DNA from: Octopus vulgaris
Lineage: Eukaryota
Length of the DNA: 64,000 nucleotides
Direction: 5' to 3'
Assembly: GCA_951406725.2 (NCBI GenBank)
Contig: OX597823.1
Coordinates: forward strand, 33,480,001 to 33,544,000
The notes under the pieces are model-generated. The model made no database searches. It had not been told where the DNA came from and saw only the letters and a program-made list of their open reading frames with translations. The position numbers were made by a program, and so were the translations under genes. Below, in pieces: positions 12,852-24,157 of this stretch. Numbering within the stretch: the first letter of the stretch is position 1; each line of letters begins with the position of its first letter.

Positions 12852-13842
12852 TGTGTGTGTTTGTCTCCCAACCATCGCTTGACAACCGATGTTGGTGTGT
12901 TTATGTACCGTAACTAAGCGGTTCGGCAAAAAGGATCCGATAGAATAAGTACTAGGCTTACAAAGAATAAGTCCTGGGGTTGATTTGTTCGAGTAAAGGC
13001 GGTGCTCCTGCATGGTCGCAATCAAATAACTGAAGCAAATAAAAATTTAAAAAACCCCAAAAATATACAGACTTTAACTGAATTCTTTATCGATTGTCAC
13101 GTTAGTTTTACACTATGTCTTCGATTGTTCATGTTATTTCTAACAGCAAACATAATCAGCGAATTTTCTAATGGTTCTCAAGTCTCTCTCTCTCTCTCTC
13201 ACGCTCCCTCTCCGTCTCTCTCTTTTTTCCTCTCTCTCTCTTTCTCATTAGCATAAAGTCATGGTGAAAATATTTACCTTGCTCTCTATTCCACTTGACC
13301 TGGTTTTCTAGAAAATAATCCATTTGAAAATGCAGAAAGTCATATTTTCAATCGACACTCAGTCTAAGTTCAGAACACATGGAAAACTATGGAAGCTCTC
13401 AATCAGATTATTAACCGTTTCTTTTGTATGTATATAAACAAAGTCCCAAACAATAGGCTTAAATATTTGTCAAGTTTCTAACTGAAGAAAAACTTGTCTC
13501 TAAGGTCTTCTTCCTCTTCTTTCTTTCTTTCTTTCTTTCTTTCTTTGCAAACGAAAAACAACAACAACAAAAAAAACGCAAATTATGAACTTAAACATTT
13601 TTGTTGACCTGCAATTACACGCACGCACACACTCACACACACGCACACACACACACACACATACACACACACACTTATATGTATGAGTGTGTGTATGCAT
13701 ATACATATGTATAACACACACTCTCACACAAACACACATACAATCACATAAACATACACACACGCATTCACACAAACAGACACACAATCACACACATACA
13801 TATACATATATACATACACAGGGATTAATAACAAAGGATTAA

Positions 13843-14010
13843 TACAGTTCTATATATAAGAGATGAGGAATTATGTACATTATTTACATTATTTACTTTT
13901 GACGGATATTTGTCCTCAGCACAACGTTTCGGCTGATATACCCTCCAGCCTTCATCAGGTGTCTTGGGGAAATTTCGAACCTGGGTTCTCATTGCTAAGG
14001 TATTTTTCGA

Positions 14011-14085
<75 letters not shown>

Positions 14086-14192
14086 CATCATCATCATCAT
14101 CCTAATTATTATTATTATTATCATCATCCTTATTATTATTATTATTATTATCATCATTATTATTATTATTATTATTGTTGTTGTTGTTGTTG

Positions 14193-14230
<38 letters not shown>

Positions 14231-14415
14231 GTTATTATTATTATTCAGGTCACTGCTTGGAATCGAACTCGCTATCTTGGGGTTAGTAGCCCGCGCTCTT
14301 AACCAATACGCCATATGCCCGTGGGCTGAAGTGTATATCAGTCGAAACATTGTGTTAACAACAAACCAGATGAGGACAAATACCCGTCAATTGTAAATAA
14401 TGTAAATAATGTACA
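13843..14415 (-). mobile_element. Short retroelement: tRNA-like head + (AAT)n + minimal hammerhead ribozyme tail, with inverted partial copy of the tail at its 5' side (copy 1)
   Basis: Minus strand: GGGCATATGGCGTATTGGTTAAGAGCGCGGGCTACTAACCCCAAG..GAGTTCGATTCC head (~14320-14245); gacac-CTGATGA-A-GGCTG-gagggtatat-CAGCC-GAAA-CG-TT-gtg at 13964-13918; 14322-14415 is an inverted repeat of 13874-13950. Confidence 0.75.
13918..13964 (-). ncRNA. Minimal type I hammerhead ribozyme motif (Penelope-type)
   Basis: Intact CUGAUGA and GAAA core, 5-bp stem II GGCUG/CAGCC, loopless self-complementary ACGU stem III, GUU cleavage triplet, short stem I (CAC/GUG). Confidence 0.7.
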
Positions 14416-14487
14416 GGGATTAGTAATACTTCTGTAGCTCTCTCTAGATGATAATTCCCCAGGCTAACAAAAATGATTTGTGATCGG

Positions 14488-14913
14488 TATTGTACTTCAA
14501 GTAATCCGAAATCAAAATCCGTCACAGTCAAATGTTTATATCCATGGTTCCGTTAACAAACTGAGATGGTAATTTGTTTTTGCAGACTGAAAAAAAAAAT
14601 GAAAAAACCCACCAAATACAACAAAACCGAAGGCAGTTGCTTTGCCTCGGCTCTAGAGAAGATAACTCAGGATGGCGGTTCTCCAGATTTCCAGTCGATC
14701 AATTGATAAGATTGAACCATGAACACACCAAAAGGCACGTCTGAAACAGCTGTAAGCTCATAATAAATTGATAAATGTGTAAAACCCATTATTTCTGTCT
14801 ATTTTATATATCATTCTTTAAAAATACGTGCCATCTTCAGATGGTGACGGAACCATAGATTTACAAATTTGACTTGTGATAGACTTTGATTTCGGATTAC
14901 CTGGAGTACAATA
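14488..14913. mobile_element. MITE with ~85-bp imperfect TIRs
   Basis: TATTGTACTtcaagtaatccgaaatcaaa..tcacagtcaaat..atggttccgt..gagatgg versus ccatctt..acggaaccat..atttgacttgtga..tttgatttcggattacctggAGTACAATA. Confidence 0.8.
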
Positions 14914-14931
14914 AGAAAAAAATGTTTGGAG

Positions 14932-14983
14932 GACAGTATCAGACGACAGTATCAGACGTCAGTATCAGATGATAGTATCAGAA
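14932..14983. repeat. 12-bp minisatellite (cagtatcagacg-like) x4
   Basis: Visible directly in the sequence. Confidence 0.85.
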
Positions 14984-15159
14984 GGCACGTGGCGGCTACA
15001 TGCACGGGTAGTCAACTGAATTCCTACATTTACAGCTAAGCATTCTGTCATTATGATTGTTGGGTGTACCGACACAACCACCTTGTCCTGTATAAATGCT
15101 TATATCATTTATGTTGTTGTTGTTGTTCTTCTTATTATTATTCTTAATAGCAATGTCAG

Positions 15160-15592
15160 GCAGTGGGGGACTTTGAAGATATGGATTTTATTTCCAGTAA
15201 GATGGGGTACCTCCCACACTACCATAGTAACATAAGGGTCTACCTTGATGCGATTTTGCCGAACGGGTGGATTGGACGGAGATATGCAGTAGCATACTCT
15301 CCACGTCCACCGGAGCTCATAACATTGGACTTTTTAATGGGGGATACGTTAAAGATAAAATTTACATGACAAAACGGCAACAATCAATGAACTGAGGACG
15401 ACCATCGAACAAGAATTCACATAAGTATCGAACAAAATGTTTCTTGATGTTTACGAATCCATTGCTTCGCATTAGCAGCGACGTCTGGACCAGAATAGTC
15501 ATTAGTTTGAAAACAGGCATTGATAGAAAAATTAAATTCTGTCTATATATTCTATAAAATTTTGAAAAGGAAATTTATTCTAATACACTGTT
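15160..15592 (+). pseudogene. Tc1/mariner-superfamily transposase C-terminal relic
   Basis: Degenerate FQ-DG-PPHY..VYLDAILPNGWIGRR..AYSPRPPEL-TLDFL-G..LK..TINELRTTIEQE..G-FE motifs. Confidence 0.75.
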
Positions 15593-15938
15593 ATTTCATA
15601 ATCATTCAATGTGTGTATATATGGTGGTGGTGGTGGTGGAAGAACAATCTGCACACACATATATTTATATAAATGTTTACATATATGTGTGGGTGAATGT
15701 TCGTGCGTGCATACATAAACACAAACACACAAATCTATATGACACAGCAGGAATCGTCTGTAAAATCTATTTGAATAAAAGTCCTTCTTTAAGCTTGGAT
15801 AAATTATTTGTGATGACACACCAGTAAATGGGTATCGAAATAAAACAAATAAAAAGCCGCAAGCATAACAAAAGGACAACAACTATAACAACACAAACAC
15901 AGACCACACGAAAAACCACACAAATAATATAATATAAT

Positions 15939-16034
<96 letters not shown>

Positions 16035-16044
16035 TATATATATG

Positions 16045-16086
<42 letters not shown>

Positions 16087-16251
16087 TGCACATACATATA
16101 TGTGTGGGCTTAATGATATCTATAGTCCAAAGTCCAAGTATTCGACAGCAAAAATTCAACAGAGACCGTCAAACATAAACATTCGCCTTCATATATAAAA
16201 ACACACGCCATCATTCCAGCCATGATAACACAGACAATTTGATATACATGC

Positions 16252-16359
<108 letters not shown>

Positions 16360-16384
16360 CACACACACACACACACACACATGC

Positions 16385-16591
16385 TCTTTACTCTTTTACT
16401 TGTTTCAGTCATTTGACTGTGGTCATGCTGGAGCACCGCCTTTAGTCGAGCAAATCGACCCCAGGACTTATTCTTTGTAAGCCGAGTACTTATTCTATCG
16501 GTCTCTTTGCCGAACCGCTAAGTTACGGGGACGTAAACACACCAGCATCGGTTGTCAAGCGATGTTGAGGGGATAAACACAGACACACAAT

Positions 16592-16623
<32 letters not shown>

Positions 16624-16795
16624 CATATAAACGACGGGCTTCTTTAAGTTTCCGTCTACCAAATCCACTCACAAGGCTTTGGTCAGCCCGAGGCTATAGC
16701 AGAAGACACTTGTCCAAGGTGCCACGCAGTGGGACTGAACCCGGAACCATGTGGTTCGTAAGCAAGCTACTTACCACACAGCCACTCCCACGCCT
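16385..16795 (-). mobile_element. SINE family A, near-consensus full-length copy
   Basis: Complete head (GGCGTGGGAGTGGCTGTGTGGTAAG..GGGTTCAGTCCC) through (AAAAGAGT)n tail. Confidence 0.9.
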
Positions 16796-16999
16796 ATATA
16801 TACAAAATATAGGGGTTTAGTTCACAGGTGATCTAAACGATTAGGTACGCTAGGTAAGTGCTGTAACGAATTGCTAGGGCTCAAAGGTTAGAGCCAAGAC
16901 GGTAGTTATGGAGCCGTTGCAGATTTCCGACATAGCGGATATATAATTGTTAAAGAGGACAACAAAGACTTTGAAGTTTTTCCAATAATAATAATGTAT

Positions 17000-17046
17000 A
17001 CCAAAGCCTTGTGAGTGGTTTTGGTAGTCGGAAACTGAAAGAAGCC

Positions 17047-17131
<85 letters not shown>

Positions 17132-17233
17132 TATGCGTGTGTGTGTGTGTGTCTTTGAGTCAGTGTATGTCTCCCGCCAGCGCTTGACAACCGAAGCTGG
17201 TGTGTTTACGTTCCCGTAAATTTGCGGTTCGGC
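17000..17233 (+). mobile_element. SINE family A internal fragment
   Basis: accaaagccttgtgagtgg..ggaaactgaaagaagccc..(TA)n(TG)n..gcttgacaaccg..gcggttcggc. Confidence 0.85.
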
Positions 17234-17264
17234 ATCTCAAGCCAAAGCAAGTTTATTCTTTAGT

Positions 17265-17486
17265 TCCATAATGAACTTTCTTTTGATATGCTGATACGTG
17301 TCTGGGAGGAATTCTCTTATCGCATTGATGCTTCCTGTGCTGCAGGTGGTGGCCACATCGAACCCTTGTAAGACAGGAAATAAAAGTTGGTTGTAAACAA
17401 ATACTTGTGACTAAGCTGGAGTTTTCTATTGCTTTTCCTTATTAAAATATTGCGTAACGAAATCGGTTCATTCTTTTTGAACAACA

Positions 17487-17490
<4 letters not shown>
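17265..17490 (+). mobile_element. Tc1/mariner 3' end relic with right TIR inserted at TA
   Basis: DMLIRVWEEFSYRIDASCAAGGGHIEPL* C-terminus, then ..tttttgaacaacactg|TA(TA)n. Confidence 0.7.
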
Positions 17491-17564
<74 letters not shown>

Positions 17565-18284
17565 CACGTATGCTATAGCTTTAGTTGAACCCCCATTCTA
17601 CGTAACATTTGTTTAAAAAGTTTCTTTCTCCTCATTGTAGAATGTCTGAAACATTTTCTTGTTTTCTTAAAGAAGGATTTCATTGTTATTTAAAAAGAAA
17701 ATCGCTCCTTCCTATCTGCTTTCGTTGCTTCGAGTTGAGCTTTCTTTTCTTATGACTTTTCTCTTTTTTTCTTTTTATATTTTCCCCTGTAATCACTTCT
17801 TGTACATCACACAATGAAGATGTGATGTTATATGTTCAGACTGTTAAGAGACGAGGCTTTTGTTTTCCTGTTTGTGATACTAGCCCTAATGACACTTCGT
17901 TTGCCAGATCCAGACTTTTGCCTTTTTTTGCTCTCAAAACCGATTTGTTTGTGTTGCTGTTGCTCTTCCTTGTTTTTGTTCTCCTTATTTATATTTAGTT
18001 TTCTTTAGGGAATTCACTTCTAGGGTGTGTATTTTGCTCAAATATAATTAGACATTCTACCCTGTATCATAAATATCATGCCCTTTGTTCCGATGCGTTC
18101 AATCGGTCATCGTTTTGGTATTGCTCTGTGGCCTTCAAGCTTCATTAGAACTTAAAAGTCTCTTTGATGTCCTCTGATCACATGTCACCTTTCTTTAAGC
18201 CTACTTTGTACACTTTAACAAAACTGTGACACAAAAATCACTGCTATAGATCTGGGTCGTGTCTATATGTCCTTTATTGCAAGG

Positions 18285-18465
18285 AGAGGGGTGCAGTCGA
18301 TTAGATCGACCCCAGTGCGTAAGTCGTACTTAATTCATCGACCGCGAATGGACAAAAGGCAAAGTCGACCTCGGCAGAATTTGAACCCAGAACATAAAGA
18401 CAGACGAAATACCGCTAAGCATTTTGCCCGGCATGCTAACGTTTCTGTCAGCTCACCACCTTCTT
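18285..18465 (-). mobile_element. SINE family B
   Basis: Reverse match to family B head and core. Confidence 0.85.
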
Positions 18466-19439
18466 TAACCCAAGTATTGGGACACAAATGTATAATCAGA
18501 GGTACGACTGATAATTTAAGCTTGTTTTTTGGTTGCACCCCCAGTTTCAAAGATATAGCAAATGGCGTCGTAGCTTTTTTATCCTTTTCCAACTGAGGTA
18601 ATTTCTCACGATATGTTAAAGAGCTTGTTGTAGTAATACGAGGGGCCATTTAGAGCCCTTCCCTCTTTTCCTTGACAGAAATATATATATATAAGTTTTC
18701 TCTTCACCTTCTGTTTTATCTCCAGGAACCAAAAAATGTTGTTGGGTTTTTCTAACATTCTCCCAACTACTTTTCTTTTCTTGTAACTGTAATACGGCCA
18801 AAAATTCTGTCCATTTAGTATTGAGAGAAAGCCTATCTTTCTTTACACAGCTTCTATATGAACGAGCCGTAGTGTCTGGAATTTTATATATGAATTACTA
18901 ATGTTGTTGTTACCATCACTGTCTTCCAAATTACTTATTTGAGCATTTGAGACATTTTCTTCTCTTAAATGTTCGGTATACTGCTTATTTTGTTCTTCCT
19001 TTGTTGATTTCGTAGTGATTTGATATTGTATTGTCTTTTAGCCGTTATAGGATTTCGTCATGTTACATAATTGTGTATAAATAAAATTTAAAAGTTTGTG
19101 AAGCAAACTCTTTTTTTTTTCTGCTGACTATCTCACCAGGTAGCAAAAGAAGCCTTTCTTTAGGCAATTATAATAAGTATTTCAAATAAAATTTCCTTTG
19201 GTAATGCTTGAATAAAAAAAAACTCGTTTCGAAGGAAGTGTCAAACAATAGCAAAATTATCTTTATTAGCCTCACAAACTTGAGGTGTCAGAGAAAAATA
19301 TGTGAAATATGGGAGTTACGGAGACTCCTAGTTGATGTTTCTTTATATTTTTCTGTGTCTCTCGTGGCTAAAAAGAAATTAGTAATCGACTTGACTCAAG
19401 TTTGGTCTTAGTCCTTATGTGGGTAGCGGGTTACTACTT

Positions 19440-20290
19440 GTAAACTTAGATATCCATAAGCTTTCACTAATCTTCCAAGTGCTCAAAATTCTTCTGATAA
19501 TCTTTCCTGTTATTGAGCGGTCAGGAAGCTCTAAAAGATATTTCATTCCAATCTCTCTCAACCATGTGTCTATTTGATTACTCACAGTTCCTTATGCACC
19601 AATTATTAAGGCAAAGCCATTACAGTTTTCATATTCGAAATTCTCGCAAGTTCAAATTTTATGTAATTGTATTTTTACTTCCGCCTTAACGAAGGCGGAG
19701 GTATTGTTTTCAGTTTGTTTGTTTGTTGGTTTGTCCATGGACAAGATATTTCAAGAACCACTGGATGGATTCGGACGAAACTCTCATGGACGTTTGACCT
19801 CGTGACTGACACAGATTAGATTTTGGGATCGATCCGGTTCCGGACAAGGATTCTGGATAGTTTTTCCTGTATTTTTTTACTTAATTTTTGAGAGCGATCG
19901 GGTTCATTTTTAGTATTCTCGTTTGTGAGAGCAGTCGAGTTTATTTCAGATATTCTCATTTAAAAAAAATCATCTTTGGCTAACCTTTGAGAAGACTTTT
20001 GGTGTTGCCTTGGCAGAGGTTTGCGCTCTCTGAGTAATCTTGTTTTTAATGTTTCGTCTTCTATCTTCACAATCCTAGAATCAAGCGAATATGATGGACT
20101 AATCAGTAAACAAATCAGTTTTTCCTTGTCTATTATTGTTATTTTTGGTTTATTATTTTCTATATTCTTATCCGTTTCAATAGGAAAATCCCATAAAATC
20201 CTGCATTTTTCCGACTCAAGTACTTTTTCTAGCCGGTGATTATACCAAATACTTCCAGCTTCAAACTCATTATACCAAGTGCTGCTAGCT
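19440..20290 (-). mobile_element. R4/Dong-like RLE-LINE 3' fragment, split by a Helentron-type insertion
   Basis: WYNHRLEKVLESEKCRILWDFPIETDKNIENNKPKITIIDKEK..LLI continues after the insertion as KYNYIKFELARI..LIIGA-GTV..GKIIRRIL. Confidence 0.75.
19674..20044 (+). mobile_element. Helentron-associated non-autonomous element (HINE/DINE-1-like)
   Basis: 5' TTTACTTCCGCC-ttaacgaa-GGCGGAGGTA subterminal inverted repeat, (GTTT)n, 3' GGCAGAGGT copy followed by a degenerate gcgctctctgagt stem-loop, T-rich flanks. Confidence 0.75.
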
Positions 20291-20292
20291 TT

Positions 20293-20785
<493 letters not shown>

Positions 20786-20879
20786 TTCTTTATCACAGGT
20801 TTTGTTGGAGTCTTTCATGCGTAGCGAGCTTACTATCATGCTATTCGTTCTTTTCAGCTATCTAAAACAGTTCTACTAG

Positions 20880-21330
20880 GTACTCTATTCCAATTTCCTT
20901 TATATTCTAAATATTGGCACTATCTTTACCTTCTTCATTTTCCATAGCTAGGCTAATTCGCACGTAAGTGGGTTGTATATATCCATTTTTTTCACTTTCC
21001 TTCTTCATTATTCGTGGGTCAAAGGGGCACGCAACATCAACTATATAGCATATGTGGTGCACCTTGTCCACCACCGTTAGTTCCAGTCTGTTATGCTCTA
21101 GCTCCTGATCTGTTTGAATTGGAAAATCTCAGAGGCTTTTGCCAGTATCCAATTCCGCCACTCTTTGCGGTTTGTGCTCTTGCCTCTCTCTAGCTTCTAC
21201 CTTTCGCACAGATTCCAATGTAGCTTGATCCTGCACTGCCAGTATAGTGCTCGCGGTCTCTTTTTTTGTAATGTTACTTTCATCAGCCAATCCCACATAT
21301 TTTTTCCAGCAACTTCTGTTGTGGCTACAT
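20880..21330 (-). mobile_element. Old RLE-LINE 3' fragment
   Basis: ETASTILAVQDQA, KLHWNLCE, QTDQELEHNRLELTVVDK..CYIVDVACPFDPRIMKKESEKMD remnants. Confidence 0.7.
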
Positions 21331-21385
21331 GAAATTGATTGTGTAGTTCCTTGTTGCGTAATTCTTCTTCTCTTATTATAATCAT

Positions 21386-21932
21386 TGAGTGAGAGAGCAG
21401 TGCATGCCATCAAAGTGACACTGGGGTAAAATATACGAAGCCCGATATACCCATCATGACTACCTGTCTGATAAGGGTACATCAGGCGCATGCATCACAA
21501 CCATGTGTGCGCGACATGGTGATCTCATATCAAGATAAACAGCGCATGACCTTGCAAATGGGACTCAGAATTTTCTTCAGGTCGAGTAACTCATCCCGCT
21601 CAAAAGGTCCTTGAATAAGGTTTATTTAAGGATGATGAACGAAGCACCCATGTTTCCAAGGGTGAATTATCCAATCCCCAAAGAATTCCTCTCAACGCAT
21701 GGTCATGATGCTCCCCAACTACTTCTGCTCGTGATCAGAGATGCACATATCATCAGCCACTAAGGGACATGCTCAACTGGTTAAGGTCAAGCAACTGACA
21801 AGCAAATCTGTGGTATTGAGCAGAATATTTGCTGTAGCCCATCTTTTATACCAAGACAAAACAATGTACATGGTGACACTTCAAATAAGTTAAGATCAGA
21901 AGCAATGAGAGCCACTGTCTAGTACTGCATCA
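21386..21932 (-). mobile_element. ~550-bp non-coding interspersed retroposon-like element ending in (AAT)-like repeats (copy 1; copy 2 at 32439-32920)
   Basis: Two similar copies sharing the 3' end ..atggcatgcactgctctctcactcAAT; no ORF and no tRNA head recognised. Confidence 0.75.
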
Positions 21933-21933
21933 A

Positions 21934-22023
21934 TTCTTCTTCTTCTTCTTCTTCTTCTTCTTCTTCTTCTTCTTCTTCTTCTTCTTCTTCTTCTTCTTCT
22001 TCTTCTTCTTCTTCTTCTTCTTC

Positions 22024-22097
<74 letters not shown>
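21934..22097. repeat. (TTC)n(ATT)n microsatellite
   Basis: Visible directly in the sequence. Confidence 0.95.
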
Positions 22098-22425
22098 TTA
22101 ACTCAGAACGTAGCAGCAGACGAAATACCGCTAAGCATTTCGCCTGGCGTGCTAACGATTCTGCCAGCTCGCCGCCTTAAACCTATTTCTTTACTACCCA
22201 CAAGGGGCTGAACACAGAGGGGACAAACAAGCACAGACAAACGGATCAAGTCGATTATATCGACCCCAGTGCGATTATATCGACTGGTACTTATTTAATC
22301 GACCCCGAAAGGATGAAAGGCGAAGTCGACCTCGGCAGAAATTGAACTCAGAGCGTAACGGCAGACGAAATACCGCTTGGCATTTCGCCCAGCGTGCTAA
22401 CGATTCAGCCAACTCACCGCCTTAA
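22098..22425 (-). mobile_element. SINE family B, full copy plus adjacent second head
   Basis: Heads at 22425-22340 and 22178-22098; tail ..gtgggtagtaaagaaataggt. Confidence 0.85.
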
Positions 22426-22445
22426 TGATAATGATAATAATCATA

Positions 22446-22478
<33 letters not shown>

Positions 22479-22639
22479 ATAATAATAAATGTTTTAATTT
22501 TGGCACGAGGGCCTGAAATTTTGAAAGAATAGTAAGAATTGTTACTTACGTATGAATATCTACCGTGATTTATTTTTCTAAGATGAAAAGTCTGTAAATC
22601 ATATTCAACGGATAAGGAACACACTTTTCCTAAATGTTA

Positions 22640-22970
22640 TACCCCATACCCCACCACCAATAACACCAACGCCACCCTCGCTTCCGCCGCCGCCAAAACG
22701 ACGACCACTACCACCGCCAAAACGACGACCACTACCACCGCCATCACCGATTGTGCGACAACTGCCACCGCCACTATCTCCACGATCACCGCCGCTGCCA
22801 CCATCACCACCACCACCACTACCACCACCACCACCACCACCACCACCACCATCATCATCTTCATCATCTTCATCGTCTTCACAACAACAGTGGTAACGGC
22901 ATCATCAGCAACAATAACACCACTATGACGACCACTACCACCACTAACAACAACAACAACAACTGCTACA
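22640..22970. repeat. (CAC)n/(CCG)/(CAA)n low-complexity tract
   Basis: Visible directly in the sequence. Confidence 0.85.
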
Positions 22971-23142
22971 AAGACGATGTTGACGTCATCAGTGATGGTC
23001 GCAAGTGATAAGATACATAAACATAGCAACAACGTGTCCTTAGTTACACAGGGTCTAGCTTCACACAGTAACGCCATCTGGTGTTGCAGACACATATATC
23101 TCGCTGTTGACTACTGAACTGTATAGGACGGACGGAACGGGG

Positions 23143-23625
23143 ATGTGTATGTATGTATGTATGTATGTATGTATGTATGTATGTATGTATGTATGTATGT
23201 ATGTATGTATGTATGTATGTATGTATGTATGTGTGCATGTATGTATGTGTGTGTGTGTGCATGCATGTATGTGTGTTTGTTTGTATGTGTGTATGTGTGT
23301 GTGTATGTATGTGTTTGTGTGTGCATGTATGTATGTGTGTATGTGTGTGTATGTATGTATGTGTTTGTGTGTGCATGTATTTATGTATGTGTGTATGTGT
23401 GTGTATGTATGTGTGTATGTATGTGTGTGTATGTATGTTTGTGTATGTATGTATGTATGTATATATGTATGTATGTATGTATGTAAGTATGTATGTGTGT
23501 ATGTATTCATCCATGTATGTATGCCTGTATGTGTGTATGTTATGTATGTATGTCTGTGTATGTATGCATGCACCTATGTCCTTATGTATGTTATGTATGT
23601 GTGTATGTGTGTGCGTGTGTGTGTC
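23143..23625. repeat. (TATG)n/(TG)n compound microsatellite
   Basis: Visible directly in the sequence. Confidence 0.95.
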
Positions 23626-23741
23626 TTCGTTTATTTAAGATGTGTTAAATTTTTTCCCTTGCAGAATTCAAGGCGGTCACCAAGAGACAAAGCGCCTTTG
23701 TTTAAACCAAGACAGCTCTTGGGGTTTGGAGATATGTGAAA

Positions 23742-23799
<58 letters not shown>

Positions 23800-23884
23800 A
23801 TATATTTACTCTTGTGTAATAGTTGTGGATGTCACTTTGATAAACGTGTGGGCTTTCTTGTTGTTTATGTATGTCTATGTGTGA

Positions 23885-24157
23885 AGGCGCCGTGGCTCAC
23901 TGGTTAGTGTTACGCTCACGATCGTAAGACCTATTTCTTTATTACCCACAAGGGGCTAAACATAGAGGGGACAAACAAGGACAGACATAGGTATTAAGTC
24001 GATTACATCGACCCCAGTGTGTAACTGGTACTTAATTTATCGACCCCGAAAGGATGAAAGGCAAAGTCAACCTCGGCGGAATTTGAACTCACAACGTAAC
24101 GACAAACGAAATACCGTTAAGCATTTCGCCCGGCGTGCTAACGTTTCTGCCAGCTCA
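23885..24157 (-). mobile_element. SINE family B (23930-24157), abutting a plus-strand tRNA-like SINE head fragment (23885-23929)
   Basis: Family B tail, core and head on the minus strand; aggcgccgtggctcactggttag A-box on the plus strand. Confidence 0.8.

Larger units (their letters stand above)
10854..12943 (+). repeat. Head-to-tail tandem duplication, units 10854-11897 and 11898-12943
   Basis: Units read identical by eye except for one extra CA unit (offset 1044 then 1046); identical ORFs at 11537-11839 and 12583-12885. Confidence 0.95.

Noticed and set aside
14245-14320. Functional tRNA gene (also the SINE heads at 48080-48142 and 54000-54072)
   Set aside because: Acceptor and T stems do not pair properly and the sequence continues into repeat bodies; these are tRNA-derived heads.
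23044-23739. Multiple His/Thr/Tyr- or Cys/Val/Met-rich ORFs here and at similar tracts (15804-16159, 28655-28924, 36559-37568, 56315-56995, 59370-59911)
   Set aside because: Stop-free translations of (TACA)n/(CA)n/(TA)n microsatellites.
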